Virus record (IMG/VR): IMGVR_UViG_3300021057_000015
Length of the DNA: 48,795 nt
Source of the DNA: a virus
Direction: 5' to 3' (one strand)
Position numbers and translations under genes: made by a program
Shown here: piece after piece, positions 36,083 to 43,979 of the stretch
Layout of the letters: every line of letters begins with the position of its first letter
Position numbering within the stretch: position 1 is the stretch's first letter
Notes under the pieces: model-generated
The model's input: only the letters and a program-made list of their open reading frames with translations
The model's database searches: none
What the model was told of the DNA's origin: nothing

Positions 36083-36152
36083 GGTTCAAACCTGCCTTAT
36101 GTCTCAGTTTCAATAATTGTGATTATGGAAAAATCGAACTCAAAGCCAGCAA

Positions 36153-36194
36153 TAACGGTGTCAGTGATAATCACACCTATCACCGCACGGTGGG
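36153..36194. promoter_or_regulatory. Lambda-type operator-like motifs: TATCACCGCACGGTGGG (36178-36194) and an inverted GTGATA half-site (36164-36169) in an intergenic AT-rich region
   Basis: TATCACCGC is identical to the consensus lambdoid cI/Cro operator half-site. A second half-site lies 8 bp away in inverted orientation. The region sits between operon segments. Confidence 0.4.
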
Positions 36195-36247
36195 CTCTCG
36201 TAAAGAAGGGTCATCGGTCACAAAAAAACCGGAGATTTAACCGAAGT

Positions 36248-36484
36248 TTAAGCCACGAAGGGCATCGCTGCCGGCGCGTCCGAGGCGGCATCGTGCCGGC
36301 TCTTCTTGGCGAGCTTGCGGGCCCGGATAGACACGCGGGAAATCGCGTGCGCCAGCTGGTGGCTGTCTTCGACGAGGGTGAGATCCAGGCCCGGGCACCA
36401 GGCGCAGGCGCGCCAGCTGTAGCCGGTAAACTCAGCACTCACCTGAAAGACCTGGCCATCGCAGCACAGCGGCGGCAGATTCAC
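36248..36484 (-). CDS. Small Cys-rich protein (78 aa)
   Basis: ORF 36248-36484 contains a CCDG...C.WC cluster. Confidence 0.4.
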   Translation of the reverse strand: MNLPPLCCDGQVFQVSAEFTGYSWRACAWCPGLDLTLVEDSHQLAHAISRVSIRARKLAKKSRHDAASDAPAAMPFVA

Positions 36485-36684
36485 AGCCGGCCGGCCCGGA
36501 GGTCCCTGCAGATGTGGCAGGCGCAGTTTCGCTTATGGCCTTCGCGCTCGATCTTCCAGAGCGCGTCTCGGCGCGAGGTGGACTCGGCTTCGCGGCTGGC
36601 CTGGTAATCTTGGTTCGCCGCGAGCCTGGCGGCCCGGGCCTTTTCAAACTCGGCAATCACGTCGGTATAGGGTGGGTGACCCAT
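36481..36684 (-). CDS. Small protein with C-terminal CxCHxC motif (about 67 aa from MGHPPYTD)
   Basis: Internal Met of ORF 36481-36717. Confidence 0.4.
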   Translation of the reverse strand: MGHPPYTDVIAEFEKARAARLAANQDYQASREAESTSRRDALWKIEREGHKRNCACHICRDLRAGRL

Positions 36685-36770
36685 GATCGTTTCTCCTTTG
36701 TCGTTACTTCGTTTCAAGTGCGAGGGTACCGAGCAGGGCCAGCAGGACCATAATCAAGATCAGCACGGCA

Positions 36771-37355
36771 TCAGAAGGGAGGTTCATCGTCTTCGTCTCC
36801 GAGGCCTTGAGAGGTGGGATCCGGCTGCCTGGCCGTGCCCGGCCGCGGGCCCTGCTGCGGCAGCGTCGGCCGGCTCTGGCGGCGAGCCTGGGCGCGGGCA
36901 CGGCGGTAGGCCAGCAGCTTGATGCCGTAGGGGCTGTAGCGGATGGCCACGCCGAAGAACTCGGCAAAGCGCTTGGCCTTCTGCGGCCGCTCCTTGTCGC
37001 CGATGTCGCCGGGATGGCAGTCGCAGGCGATCCAGGTGTCGCCCCCGGTCGAGCGCACGGGCGGCCCGCAGTTGGGCAGCGGCTGGTCAGCATAGGGCGT
37101 GATGTCGAAGTCTGCCGGCAGGCCGGTCAGGATCCACTCGATCGCCACCAGGACATAATGCCGGTCGTTGCAGTAGGGACAGCCAACGGGCTTGTCAGCT
37201 TGCTGCCCCTGCGGCTTGGGCTTGTTGCGGGCTTTGTAGGCCGCGATCCGCTGGTCCAGCGGCAGCGCCGTATCCCGATAGTCCACCTGGTCGGCCCCGG
37301 GCCGGGGGCCGGTGATCTTGATGGCCTGGTCCGGAGAAAATCTGGTCATCGTCAT
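36771..37355 (-). CDS. Cys-rich protein (194 aa) downstream of the replication initiator
   Basis: Motifs GCPYCNDRHY and WIACDCHPG. Its start overlaps the initiator stop. Confidence 0.5.
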   Translation of the reverse strand: MTMTRFSPDQAIKITGPRPGADQVDYRDTALPLDQRIAAYKARNKPKPQGQQADKPVGCPYCNDRHYVLVAIEWILTGLPADFDITPYADQPLPNCGPPVRSTGGDTWIACDCHPGDIGDKERPQKAKRFAEFFGVAIRYSPYGIKLLAYRRARAQARRQSRPTLPQQGPRPGTARQPDPTSQGLGDEDDEPPF

Positions 37356-38548
37356 GCGCTTTCCTCGCTTTCAAGCTCTGAGAGATCCCAAATCAGCTCG
37401 GCGGCCTTGAGCATGGGCATCAGGCTGACGAGCTCCTGGTCGCGGACCCGCCGCACCACGGTCAGCATCTCGGCATCCCAGTCGATATCCCGGATCTCGA
37501 CCTCGCCGAAGGGCAAGCCATCAGTGAGCTGGCGGCAGCCGTTCCGGAGCGCTTCCCTGAGCTGCGGCAGCCGGGCATCCCGCCAGCGGTTGAACTGGGC
37601 CACGGGATTGTTTTCCTCGAACTCCCGCCGTCGCTTTTCGGCCTCGAGGTGCGCCAAATACTCTGCCGGCAGCTCGCGATCGTTGGCGATGGCCCAGGCC
37701 AGGAACGAGCCCGGGGCTTTGACGTTGGTCTGGAAGGGCAGGGCGTCCAGCTGAGCGCGGCAGGCCTCAACGCCCTTGGCCTGCACCAGCTCACGGGCCC
37801 GCTCTTCCTTGATCCGCTTTCGAACCAGCTCCTGAACCATCGCCTCCTCCGCCTCGCGCGGGCACGCGCTGGGTGGGGGGGCTTCTTTGGTTCCTGGTGG
37901 TAAAGAGTGTTCCTTATATCTGAATGGGCGTTGCCCATTTACAGAAGTGGGCGATCCCCATTCACAGAGATTGGCCCTCTCCGTTTCCTGTGAATGGGCA
38001 GGGTCCATTTCCAGTGAATGGGCGTTGCCCGTTTCCTGTGAATGGGGATCACCTATTTCTAGAGACTGGCCCTGCCCATTTCCAGCGAATGGGTCCTCAC
38101 CATCTGCCTGTTCGGCCGGATCATCGTCTTCCTCAGCAGCCAAATCGAGCTCGGACAGCTTGCGATCCATCAGCTCGTGATTGCGTAGGTAGTAGGTCAG
38201 GCTCTCGCTGCGATCGACGTAGCTGCAGTAGTAGGCCTGGTTGTCGGGCCCGAAGAGCTGGTCCGCCTCTTTTGCCTTGAGCATGTCGCTCTTGGACTTG
38301 TGGCGAATGCCGAAGCGATCGAAAGCTGTCCGCTGCTCGTCGACCGTCATCCCGGTTTCTTCTTCCCAGCTGTCGCCAGGCCGATACAGCGAGTGTTTGG
38401 CTGCGGGCTTCTGGAATTTGTAAAAGCCGTCAGGATGGTATTTGAACCAGTGCTCGAGCCGGCTCATCAGGATCATGCCGGGCGTCCCTTTGGCCAGATC
38501 GCGGAGCTCGGGACGGTACTTGAAGCTCATGCCGGGCAGCCTCGCCAT
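37352..38548 (-). CDS. Replication initiator (lambda O-like organisation) with an origin-like iteron array embedded in its linker-coding region
   Basis: 398-aa ORF. An acidic linker (AAEEDDDPAEQADGEDP...) is encoded by four or more direct repeats of about 23 bp. The repeated peptide HSQETGNA/HSLEMDPA/HSQETERA is a by-product of the DNA repeats. Confidence 0.5.
   Translation of the reverse strand: MARLPGMSFKYRPELRDLAKGTPGMILMSRLEHWFKYHPDGFYKFQKPAAKHSLYRPGDSWEEETGMTVDEQRTAFDRFGIRHKSKSDMLKAKEADQLFGPDNQAYYCSYVDRSESLTYYLRNHELMDRKLSELDLAAEEDDDPAEQADGEDPFAGNGQGQSLEIGDPHSQETGNAHSLEMDPAHSQETERANLCEWGSPTSVNGQRPFRYKEHSLPPGTKEAPPPSACPREAEEAMVQELVRKRIKEERARELVQAKGVEACRAQLDALPFQTNVKAPGSFLAWAIANDRELPAEYLAHLEAEKRRREFEENNPVAQFNRWRDARLPQLREALRNGCRQLTDGLPFGEVEIRDIDWDAEMLTVVRRVRDQELVSLMPMLKAAELIWDLSELESEESA
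37921..38100. repeat. Iteron array: at least four direct about 23-bp repeats CC(A/G)TTTCC(A/T)G(T/C)GAATGGG plus two related inverted copies, with a modestly AT-rich segment (37893-37920) on the downstream side
   Basis: Copies read at about 37981, 38004, 38028 and 38078, with related copies at 37921-37975. This is typical of a phage or plasmid replication origin. Confidence 0.65.
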
Positions 38549-38706
38549 TTGCCGGTACCGCCGCCAAACTCCCAGGCCAGGGCCTGCAGCTTCTTTCGCT
38601 CGAGCGTGGCGCGATCGAGCTTGGCCCAGGTGCTGCGGAGCCAGGCCGCGTCTTTCTCCAGTCGCTTCTGTGCGGCTTCGCGTAGGACATTCAGGTATTT
38701 CGACAT
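38527..38706 (-). CDS. Small protein (59 aa) just upstream of the initiator
   Basis: Not in the track. ATG at 38706 with GAGAGG upstream. It overlaps the initiator start. Confidence 0.3.
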   Translation of the reverse strand: MSKYLNVLREAAQKRLEKDAAWLRSTWAKLDRATLERKKLQALAWEFGGGTGKWRGCPA

Positions 38707-38796
38707 CCGGGTGTACCTCTCGTGGTGTGGTGAAGAAAAAGGGCCGGCCGGAGGACCGGCCCCTGGATAGAAGTAACTGTCAGAAACTCTGACGTT

Positions 38797-39096
38797 TCAC
38801 ATAGGCTCCGGCTCAGCGCTGCGCCAGACCACGCGCGGCTCATGGCCGAAGTACCAGCCTGTCGACTCGCACACCGGGCAGCGCACGGCCTGCGCCGACT
38901 TGCGCGGCAACAGGTCGAAGCGCTGGCAGCAGTCGAGGCAGTAGTAGGGCTTGGTGTACCGCCAGGGCTTGAAGGGGCTGTCCCGCTCGGCCTGGCGTCG
39001 CGGTGCGGTTACCTTCTCCCAGGTCAGCGCCTGCTGCAGCAGCTCGCGGGCCTCGGGGAGGGTGGCGGCTTGGCCGCAATCCGAAAAGGAGCTCAT
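38797..39096 (-). CDS. Zinc-ribbon protein (99 aa)
   Basis: Motif C.DCC...(15)...CPVC. Confidence 0.5.
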   Translation of the reverse strand: MSSFSDCGQAATLPEARELLQQALTWEKVTAPRRQAERDSPFKPWRYTKPYYCLDCCQRFDLLPRKSAQAVRCPVCESTGWYFGHEPRVVWRSAEPEPM

Positions 39097-39287
39097 TGGC
39101 CAGACCTGACAAGCACGGCTTGAGAGCGGGTGAGCCGGGCCGCCAGCTGAAGTGCATGGCTCAACATCGAGGCTTCCCAGGCTTTGACGTCGATCAGTTC
39201 GCCATTACAGGGGCTCTGACAGCGGCCGTTGACCGTTCGCGCATCGTGGCCCCGGTGGCAGTTGCAGCAGAGATAGGGCTGTTTCAT
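39093..39287 (-). CDS. Small Cys-rich protein (about 65 aa from MKQPYLCCNCHRG)
   Basis: Internal Met of ORF 39093-39503. Its start overlaps the stop of the HTH regulator gene. Confidence 0.4.
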   Translation of the reverse strand: MKQPYLCCNCHRGHDARTVNGRCQSPCNGELIDVKAWEASMLSHALQLAARLTRSQAVLVRSGQ

Positions 39288-40249
39288 ACCGCTACCCCCG
39301 GCAGCATCGGCTGATAGGCCGGAAGGATGACGCTGTAGATCTTGGCTTCCTTCTGCAGCCAGGCGATGGCCCGGTCTGCCTGCTCGGTGGCCTGGATCTC
39401 GTCGAGCTTGCTCACACCAGCAGCCTGGTGGACATTCTTCCAGAGCCGGCCATACCAGACATCGTGCGAGCCCGGCAGGCGGTCCACCAAGATTCCGACG
39501 CACTCCTTGATGTAGGCCCGGCGCCGGGCCATCTCGGCGCGGGCCTGCTCCTCGGCCTGAAGCCGGGCATCGACCAAGGCGCCGCCGTCGCGCTCGAGCT
39601 GCTCGACGCGGGCCAGCAGCTCGGCGTTGATGCGCTGGACCTCGGCCAGGCCGCCGCCGAAGCGCTCCAGCAGCGCCAGCAGCGCCGCCCAGACCGCGCC
39701 TTTGGTCACGTCCAGGGCCAGGCCGGTTGCCACCGGCAGAGCCGGGAGGGAAGCGGGAGCGCAGGGCGCGGGCTGGGGTGCCGGTGAGCTGGCGCCGGCC
39801 TGGATATCGAAGGGATCAGCTGTCGGCGGTTGCTCGGCCGGGCTCTCAGCAGCGGCTACCTGGGCCGGCAGTTCGCCGCGGCGCTCCATCAGCTTGAGCT
39901 GGATCTGATAGCCCGTGCGCTGCGTGACCGGATCGTCGCCGCGCTCCAGGTGCCCCCAGTGGCTGGGATCGAGCCCGCAGGCGCGCGCCGTGTCGGCGAT
40001 GCTCATGCCCAGCTCCTCGCGGATGGCCACCAGATCGGCCGGCCTCAGCTCAGGCTTGAGCTCGTGGTGCCGGCCCGTCTCGACCAGATCGATGATCTGG
40101 GAAAAAAACCAGGCTTCGGCCTCCGTCATGACCTGCTTGCGCCGGCCCTTGACGATGTTGCCGAGATGCGACTGGCTGATACCGAACAGGGGCGCGGCCT
40201 TGACGAATTTGAGCTTGCGCCGCTGAATGAAGTCCGCCAATTTTTGCAT
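39284..40249 (-). CDS. Regulator with two HTH domains and a coiled-coil C-terminal region (321 aa), first gene of the leftward operon
   Basis: HTH 1 is LFGISQSHLGNIVKGRRKQ and HTH 2 is LGMSIADTARACGLDPSHWGHLERG. GAGAGG RBS. Confidence 0.6.
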   Translation of the reverse strand: MQKLADFIQRRKLKFVKAAPLFGISQSHLGNIVKGRRKQVMTEAEAWFFSQIIDLVETGRHHELKPELRPADLVAIREELGMSIADTARACGLDPSHWGHLERGDDPVTQRTGYQIQLKLMERRGELPAQVAAAESPAEQPPTADPFDIQAGASSPAPQPAPCAPASLPALPVATGLALDVTKGAVWAALLALLERFGGGLAEVQRINAELLARVEQLERDGGALVDARLQAEEQARAEMARRRAYIKECVGILVDRLPGSHDVWYGRLWKNVHQAAGVSKLDEIQATEQADRAIAWLQKEAKIYSVILPAYQPMLPGVAV

Positions 40250-40299
40250 AATGGATTCACCTCTCAGGTTAATGTTGTTTCCTGCGTCCGAACCCCGAA

Positions 40300-40324
40300 G
40301 GGCGGGCGGGGAGCGACCCCGCCC
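40300..40324. terminator. Strong GC hairpin GGGCGGGG-agcga-CCCCGCCC (terminator-like or structural) in the leader of the leftward operon
   Basis: 8-bp perfect stem. A second small CCCttcgGGG hairpin is adjacent on the minus strand. Confidence 0.35.
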
Positions 40325-40500
40325 TACATCACCAAGAGAGGCGGCATACAGCCCGATCAGGTAAAATCGGGACAGTATATCGAGTGGTGGCCGGACTGTC
40401 GGCCGCCTTTCTTGTGTCTGCCGGATGCAGGTTTGATGGCTGCTGGGGCGAAACAGCTATCAAATCTGAACCCAGCCGGGAACGCATCCCGGCCGACTGA

Positions 40501-40782
40501 TTAGCTCAGTGCCGCCCTGACGCCCGCGTCCTTGCTTTCGAGCAGCTTGCGCAGCGCGACTGTCTTTTCTGCACTGCCAGGGATCGTGGCCTCGATCCAC
40601 TCGGCCAGCTCGCAGAAGGGTTTGCTGATCTCCTGCAAGTGCAGTGGAAGGTGGCTGTAGGCAAAGAATTTCATGATGGGCGTGGGTGGCGGGGCAGGAG
40701 GAGCAGCCGGTGCCTCGGCAGTCTCGCTGTCCCGGTCGTTGTCGTCAGGATCGTTCGATGTTCCTAAGAAGGCTGAGTTCAT
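40501..40782 (-). CDS. Hypothetical protein (93 aa) with an acidic disordered N-terminus
   Basis: GAGG RBS. Followed on the minus strand by the hairpin GCCGGGA/TCCCGGC. Confidence 0.45.
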   Translation of the reverse strand: MNSAFLGTSNDPDDNDRDSETAEAPAAPPAPPPTPIMKFFAYSHLPLHLQEISKPFCELAEWIEATIPGSAEKTVALRKLLESKDAGVRAALS

Positions 40783-40808
40783 GGTGTGACCTCGTTTTCT
40801 TGATGATT

Positions 40809-40845
40809 GAATAAAGGCCGGGGCCGAAGCCCCGGCCGTCTTTAC
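40809..40845. terminator. Hairpin GGCCGGGGC-cgaa-GCCCCGGCC flanked by AAA/TTT (bidirectional terminator-like)
   Basis: 9-bp GC stem with a GNRA-like loop and T-rich flanks on both strands. Confidence 0.5.
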
Positions 40846-41429
40846 CAGAGTTGCGAACGCTGCAGCTTGGCCGCAGCTGGGGATCCACCGTCACTTGCCA
40901 CATGAGGATCGAACCTCGGACTTGTGTGTCGCAAGCTGCCGTAAGGCATTCTGATGGACCCTCAGCTAGGGCCTGAGCCGTTGCTGGCCTTCCAGCTGCT
41001 GCAGCAGCTGGCTGGACTTCCCCGTTTTGGCCGGGGTAGGCCGCACAGCCTGGGCTCGATTGCCCAGGGCTCCAGACAAGCCAGAGCCACTTTCCGCTGA
41101 GCAAAACAGGGCCGAACCATGGCCCTGCGCCGTGTTGATGAGAGGAGAGTGCCGGGCTCGAACCGGCCATCACCTGGAGCCCGGGGATAGGTGATGTTGG
41201 CCTCTGTGCTCCCCTGGTGCCGGGATGCGTCCCCGGCGAACGGCTCGTTTTTACCTCCCCGCTGGTTGCAGCTGGCCGCTTTCAAACGGTGCCCAACGCC
41301 AGCAGGCGCATGGCTAAGTACGAGGCCGACTCCCCATGCCCTCCTTTCGCCCTTCGATATCAAAACCGGCCCGAAGGCCGGGCGCCGGGAGTCAGCCGGC
41401 AAACCACCCACTCAAGGCTTTTTCTAAAG

Positions 41430-41457
41430 TTGACTGTCAGGCAGAGGCTGGTAAGAT
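41430..41457 (+). promoter_or_regulatory. Near-consensus sigma70 promoter TTGACT-16-TAAGAT for the membrane-protein moron
   Basis: Read from the sequence. A GAGGTGA RBS precedes the ATG at 41486. Confidence 0.5.
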
Positions 41458-41485
41458 CGATCCAGCTTGAATTTGAGGTGATGGC

Positions 41486-42385
41486 ATGGGCAAAGGCAAA
41501 GAGATTGATCTGGGTATTTCGACGGTATTTTGGATGCTGGCTATGGTTGGTGGATTCTTGATGCTGAGCGGCGGCCTGCCGTTTTTCATCATGTTCATTC
41601 TGGCTATTGGCGGCGGCGTCCTGTTTCTGCCGCGAACACAGCGCATGCTGGAAGAGAAAGAGGGCCATAGTTTTGTTAAGACCATGAATTTTGTCGGCAT
41701 GCCTCTGCTGGTGCTGTTGTCGCTGGGATCTTGCATGGTAGGCGTCAGCCTGCTTTCCAACAAAGAAAGGACCACATTAACCCGAGCCGAGGAAGCGCAA
41801 CGTGCGGCTGTAGCGAAGGCATCGGCCAAACCGACTGCCAAACCCACCATCAAGCCGACTTTGACCCCCGCTCAGAAGAAGCAGCAGGCAGAGAAGGAGC
41901 GGATAGAAAAGGCGAAACTGGCAGCGCTTCTGAAGCAGAAGGAAGAGGCCGTGCGGAAGCAGAAGGCTGCGCTAGCTGCTGAGCAAGCCAAGGCGGATGA
42001 AGCCCGCGCCGTGCGTCAGAGGCAGATTGCCGACGAAGCCGCCGCAATCCGGGCCAGCCAACCGATCGAGAAAGGGCCGGGCGAATGGTACGAGAATGGA
42101 AACCTTCACAAGGCCATTCCTTCGGAATGGAACCGGGGCACCCAGGCCAATAAGATCGCCACGTTGGCGGACTTCATTTCCGGTCATTACAATGACGGGA
42201 ACCTGAACAAGCCGGTCAGCAACCTGGATGACATCCGAGCCCTGGCCGTTGAGCTGGACAGCTGCGTGTCTGGCGCGCTGGGCGGGCTGAAAAACCCGCC
42301 TGATCAACCCCATCTGTACGACAATCAAACCGTCAACAGTGTGGCGGCTTACTGTCTGATTACAATGGGTTGGATTAAGAGTTAA
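41486..42385 (+). CDS. TolA-like membrane protein (299 aa): N-terminal TM helices, Lys/Ala/Glu-rich helical spacer, C-terminal globular domain; candidate moron or superinfection-exclusion gene
   Basis: The hydrophobic N-terminal 100 aa are followed by AKPTAKPTIKPT and a QKKQQAEKERIEKAKLAALLKQKEEAVRKQKAALAAEQAKADEARA segment. It has its own promoter and a weak downstream hairpin. Confidence 0.65.
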   Translation: MGKGKEIDLGISTVFWMLAMVGGFLMLSGGLPFFIMFILAIGGGVLFLPRTQRMLEEKEGHSFVKTMNFVGMPLLVLLSLGSCMVGVSLLSNKERTTLTRAEEAQRAAVAKASAKPTAKPTIKPTLTPAQKKQQAEKERIEKAKLAALLKQKEEAVRKQKAALAAEQAKADEARAVRQRQIADEAAAIRASQPIEKGPGEWYENGNLHKAIPSEWNRGTQANKIATLADFISGHYNDGNLNKPVSNLDDIRALAVELDSCVSGALGGLKNPPDQPHLYDNQTVNSVAAYCLITMGWIKS

Positions 42386-42610
42386 GGCTTCATCTAGCCT
42401 CTGACTCCCCGGGCTACTCGTCGCCCCCTTTCGCCCGGGCTCTGACGGCCTTGCGGCCTGATTTTCAAGGTTCATAGCTGCTGAACGCAGCAATCAAGGC
42501 CCTCAAAGGCCCTGGTTGCTAGGTTCGGGCAATGCTGTAGCGCGCCCTCCCTTTCTCGGTGCTATGATGGATCCGATTGGCTGATTTTCAGGTTTTCTCT
42601 GGAGGCCGGC

Positions 42611-43126
42611 ATGTTTGAACCTGATCCGTTGACAGAGATTCAGCGCGCTGTCTCGCTGGGCGTTTTGGACGCTGAGCAGAAGGAGGCGGCGGTCTGCCTG
42701 CTCGCCTTCGGAATGTCGGCGCACCGGGCGATCGAGATCACCTTGCTGCATCGGCCGGAGGTCATTCGCGAGCAAGCACGCAAGATGATGCCGGCCCGTC
42801 GTGCCGTCGGCGCGTCGCTGGTTCTCGAGCGCCTGATTGACCGCGCCGAGCGCCAGGATGAGCAGTTCGCCAAGCGTGCTGCGGAACGCTTCTTCGAAGA
42901 CATGGAGCAGCGTCAGAGCGATGCGGAGTTCGTGAGCTGGGTGACGAGCGGCAGGGTTCTGCTGAAGGCGCCGCACGGCGGCATCTACCGAGCGACGGGA
43001 ACGATCGACTTCAACGGCGAGACCCAGCTGATGATCGAGTCGCAAGAGGGCGTCAGCTGCCAGGTCCCGATAGCCCATGTCAGGCGCTACGAAGTGATCA
43101 GCTACCCTGAGCGCGGCGTTAATTGA
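42611..43126 (+). CDS. Hypothetical protein (171 aa)
   Basis: GGAGG RBS. Co-oriented with the membrane-protein moron. Confidence 0.55.
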   Translation: MFEPDPLTEIQRAVSLGVLDAEQKEAAVCLLAFGMSAHRAIEITLLHRPEVIREQARKMMPARRAVGASLVLERLIDRAERQDEQFAKRAAERFFEDMEQRQSDAEFVSWVTSGRVLLKAPHGGIYRATGTIDFNGETQLMIESQEGVSCQVPIAHVRRYEVISYPERGVN

Positions 43127-43367
43127 CACTGGGAAACCCCCTGTAAACGCCGTCCTCGCCGATCTGGCTCTTCAGAACCTCGGCAAACGAAGCCAGGGTG
43201 TAGCTTTCCGATTGGATAAAGCCCGAGGCGCAGGGGATAAGGCTAGCCGCCCCGGTATCAGGGAAGACGGAGAAGCAAATGAACTCCTCTTCGAGCATGA
43301 GATAGCAGAGGATGAGATGCCCACGAAAGCGGACCAGGATCTGATGCTCGGTAGCAGCGACGGGCAT
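43119..43367 (-). CDS. Hypothetical small protein downstream of the repressor (weak call)
   Basis: ORF with mixed composition. Confidence 0.2.
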   Translation of the reverse strand: MPVAATEHQILVRFRGHLILCYLMLEEEFICFSVFPDTGAASLIPCASGFIQSESYTLASFAEVLKSQIGEDGVYRGFPSVN

Positions 43368-43464
43368 GACATGACCTCACAACGCCTCTCGGCGGTATTA
43401 GGTCACAAGGGATGTGATAGGATTCTAGTACACCTCCGGGTGGTTCCCGGCGGTAGTGAGGTAC

Positions 43465-43794
43465 TTACACCCCGTCTTGCTTGAGATCAGGCAAGGCGGG
43501 GTGTCTCAGTTTGGGGTCTGGGCTGAAGTACAGCTCTGTGTTGTACAGGACGCACATCTTAGCCAGCACCCAAGACTGAGGTATTGAGGGCTTTTTCTTG
43601 CTCTCGTACTTCTTGACGGCAGATTCTGTAACCCCAAGGTATTTGGCCAACTCTTTCTGAGTCATTCCAATACCACCAGTGTAGGGGTTCAGGCAGCCTT
43701 CCCGAAGCTCTCTTAGCTTCTCGGGCAAAATCGGTACAGCCAAAGGATCAAGCTCCTCAATATTGGTTTTCTCGATTTGATCGACTGCCGTCAT
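43465..43794 (-). CDS. cI-like HTH (XRE-family) repressor, 109 aa, no peptidase domain
   Basis: HTH MTQKELAKYLGVTESAVKKYE. It is divergent from the early operon across an AT-rich operator-bearing region. Confidence 0.7.
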   Translation of the reverse strand: MTAVDQIEKTNIEELDPLAVPILPEKLRELREGCLNPYTGGIGMTQKELAKYLGVTESAVKKYESKKKPSIPQSWVLAKMCVLYNTELYFSPDPKLRHPALPDLKQDGV

Positions 43795-43979
43795 AATACC
43801 AGCTTTCCTATCACGGCCTTATGACCGTTATCATGGATAGTGTAAATCATTTCCACCTTTTTGTGCAAGAGACAGGCCTGGGATATTGCTTTTTGTTTTT
43901 GTGCATGGTACAAATAATTTGTACCTACATTACCGCGCCGGCCTAACCAGCCGAAACCACTCAAAAGGAGATCCCGACC
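43795..43979. promoter_or_regulatory. Divergent promoter/operator region: perfect 17-bp palindrome GTACAAATAATTTGTAC (43908-43924), TATCACGGC and TATCA repeats (43809-43840), repeated TGTGCA boxes
   Basis: AT-rich 185-bp intergenic segment between the repressor gene and the early operon. Palindromes read directly from the sequence. Confidence 0.55.

Noticed and set aside
40890-41220. Possible tRNA genes suggested by two GGTTCGA-type T-arm motifs on the minus strand
   Set aside because: I could not assemble a complete cloverleaf (acceptor, D and anticodon arms) around either motif. They are kept only as tRNA-like or att-remnant candidates pending tRNAscan.
41191-41561. ORFs 41191-41427 and 41217-41561 in the structured non-coding hub
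   Set aside because: They have no RBS, junk-like Pro/Ala/Arg composition, and overlap hairpins and the promoter of the downstream moron.
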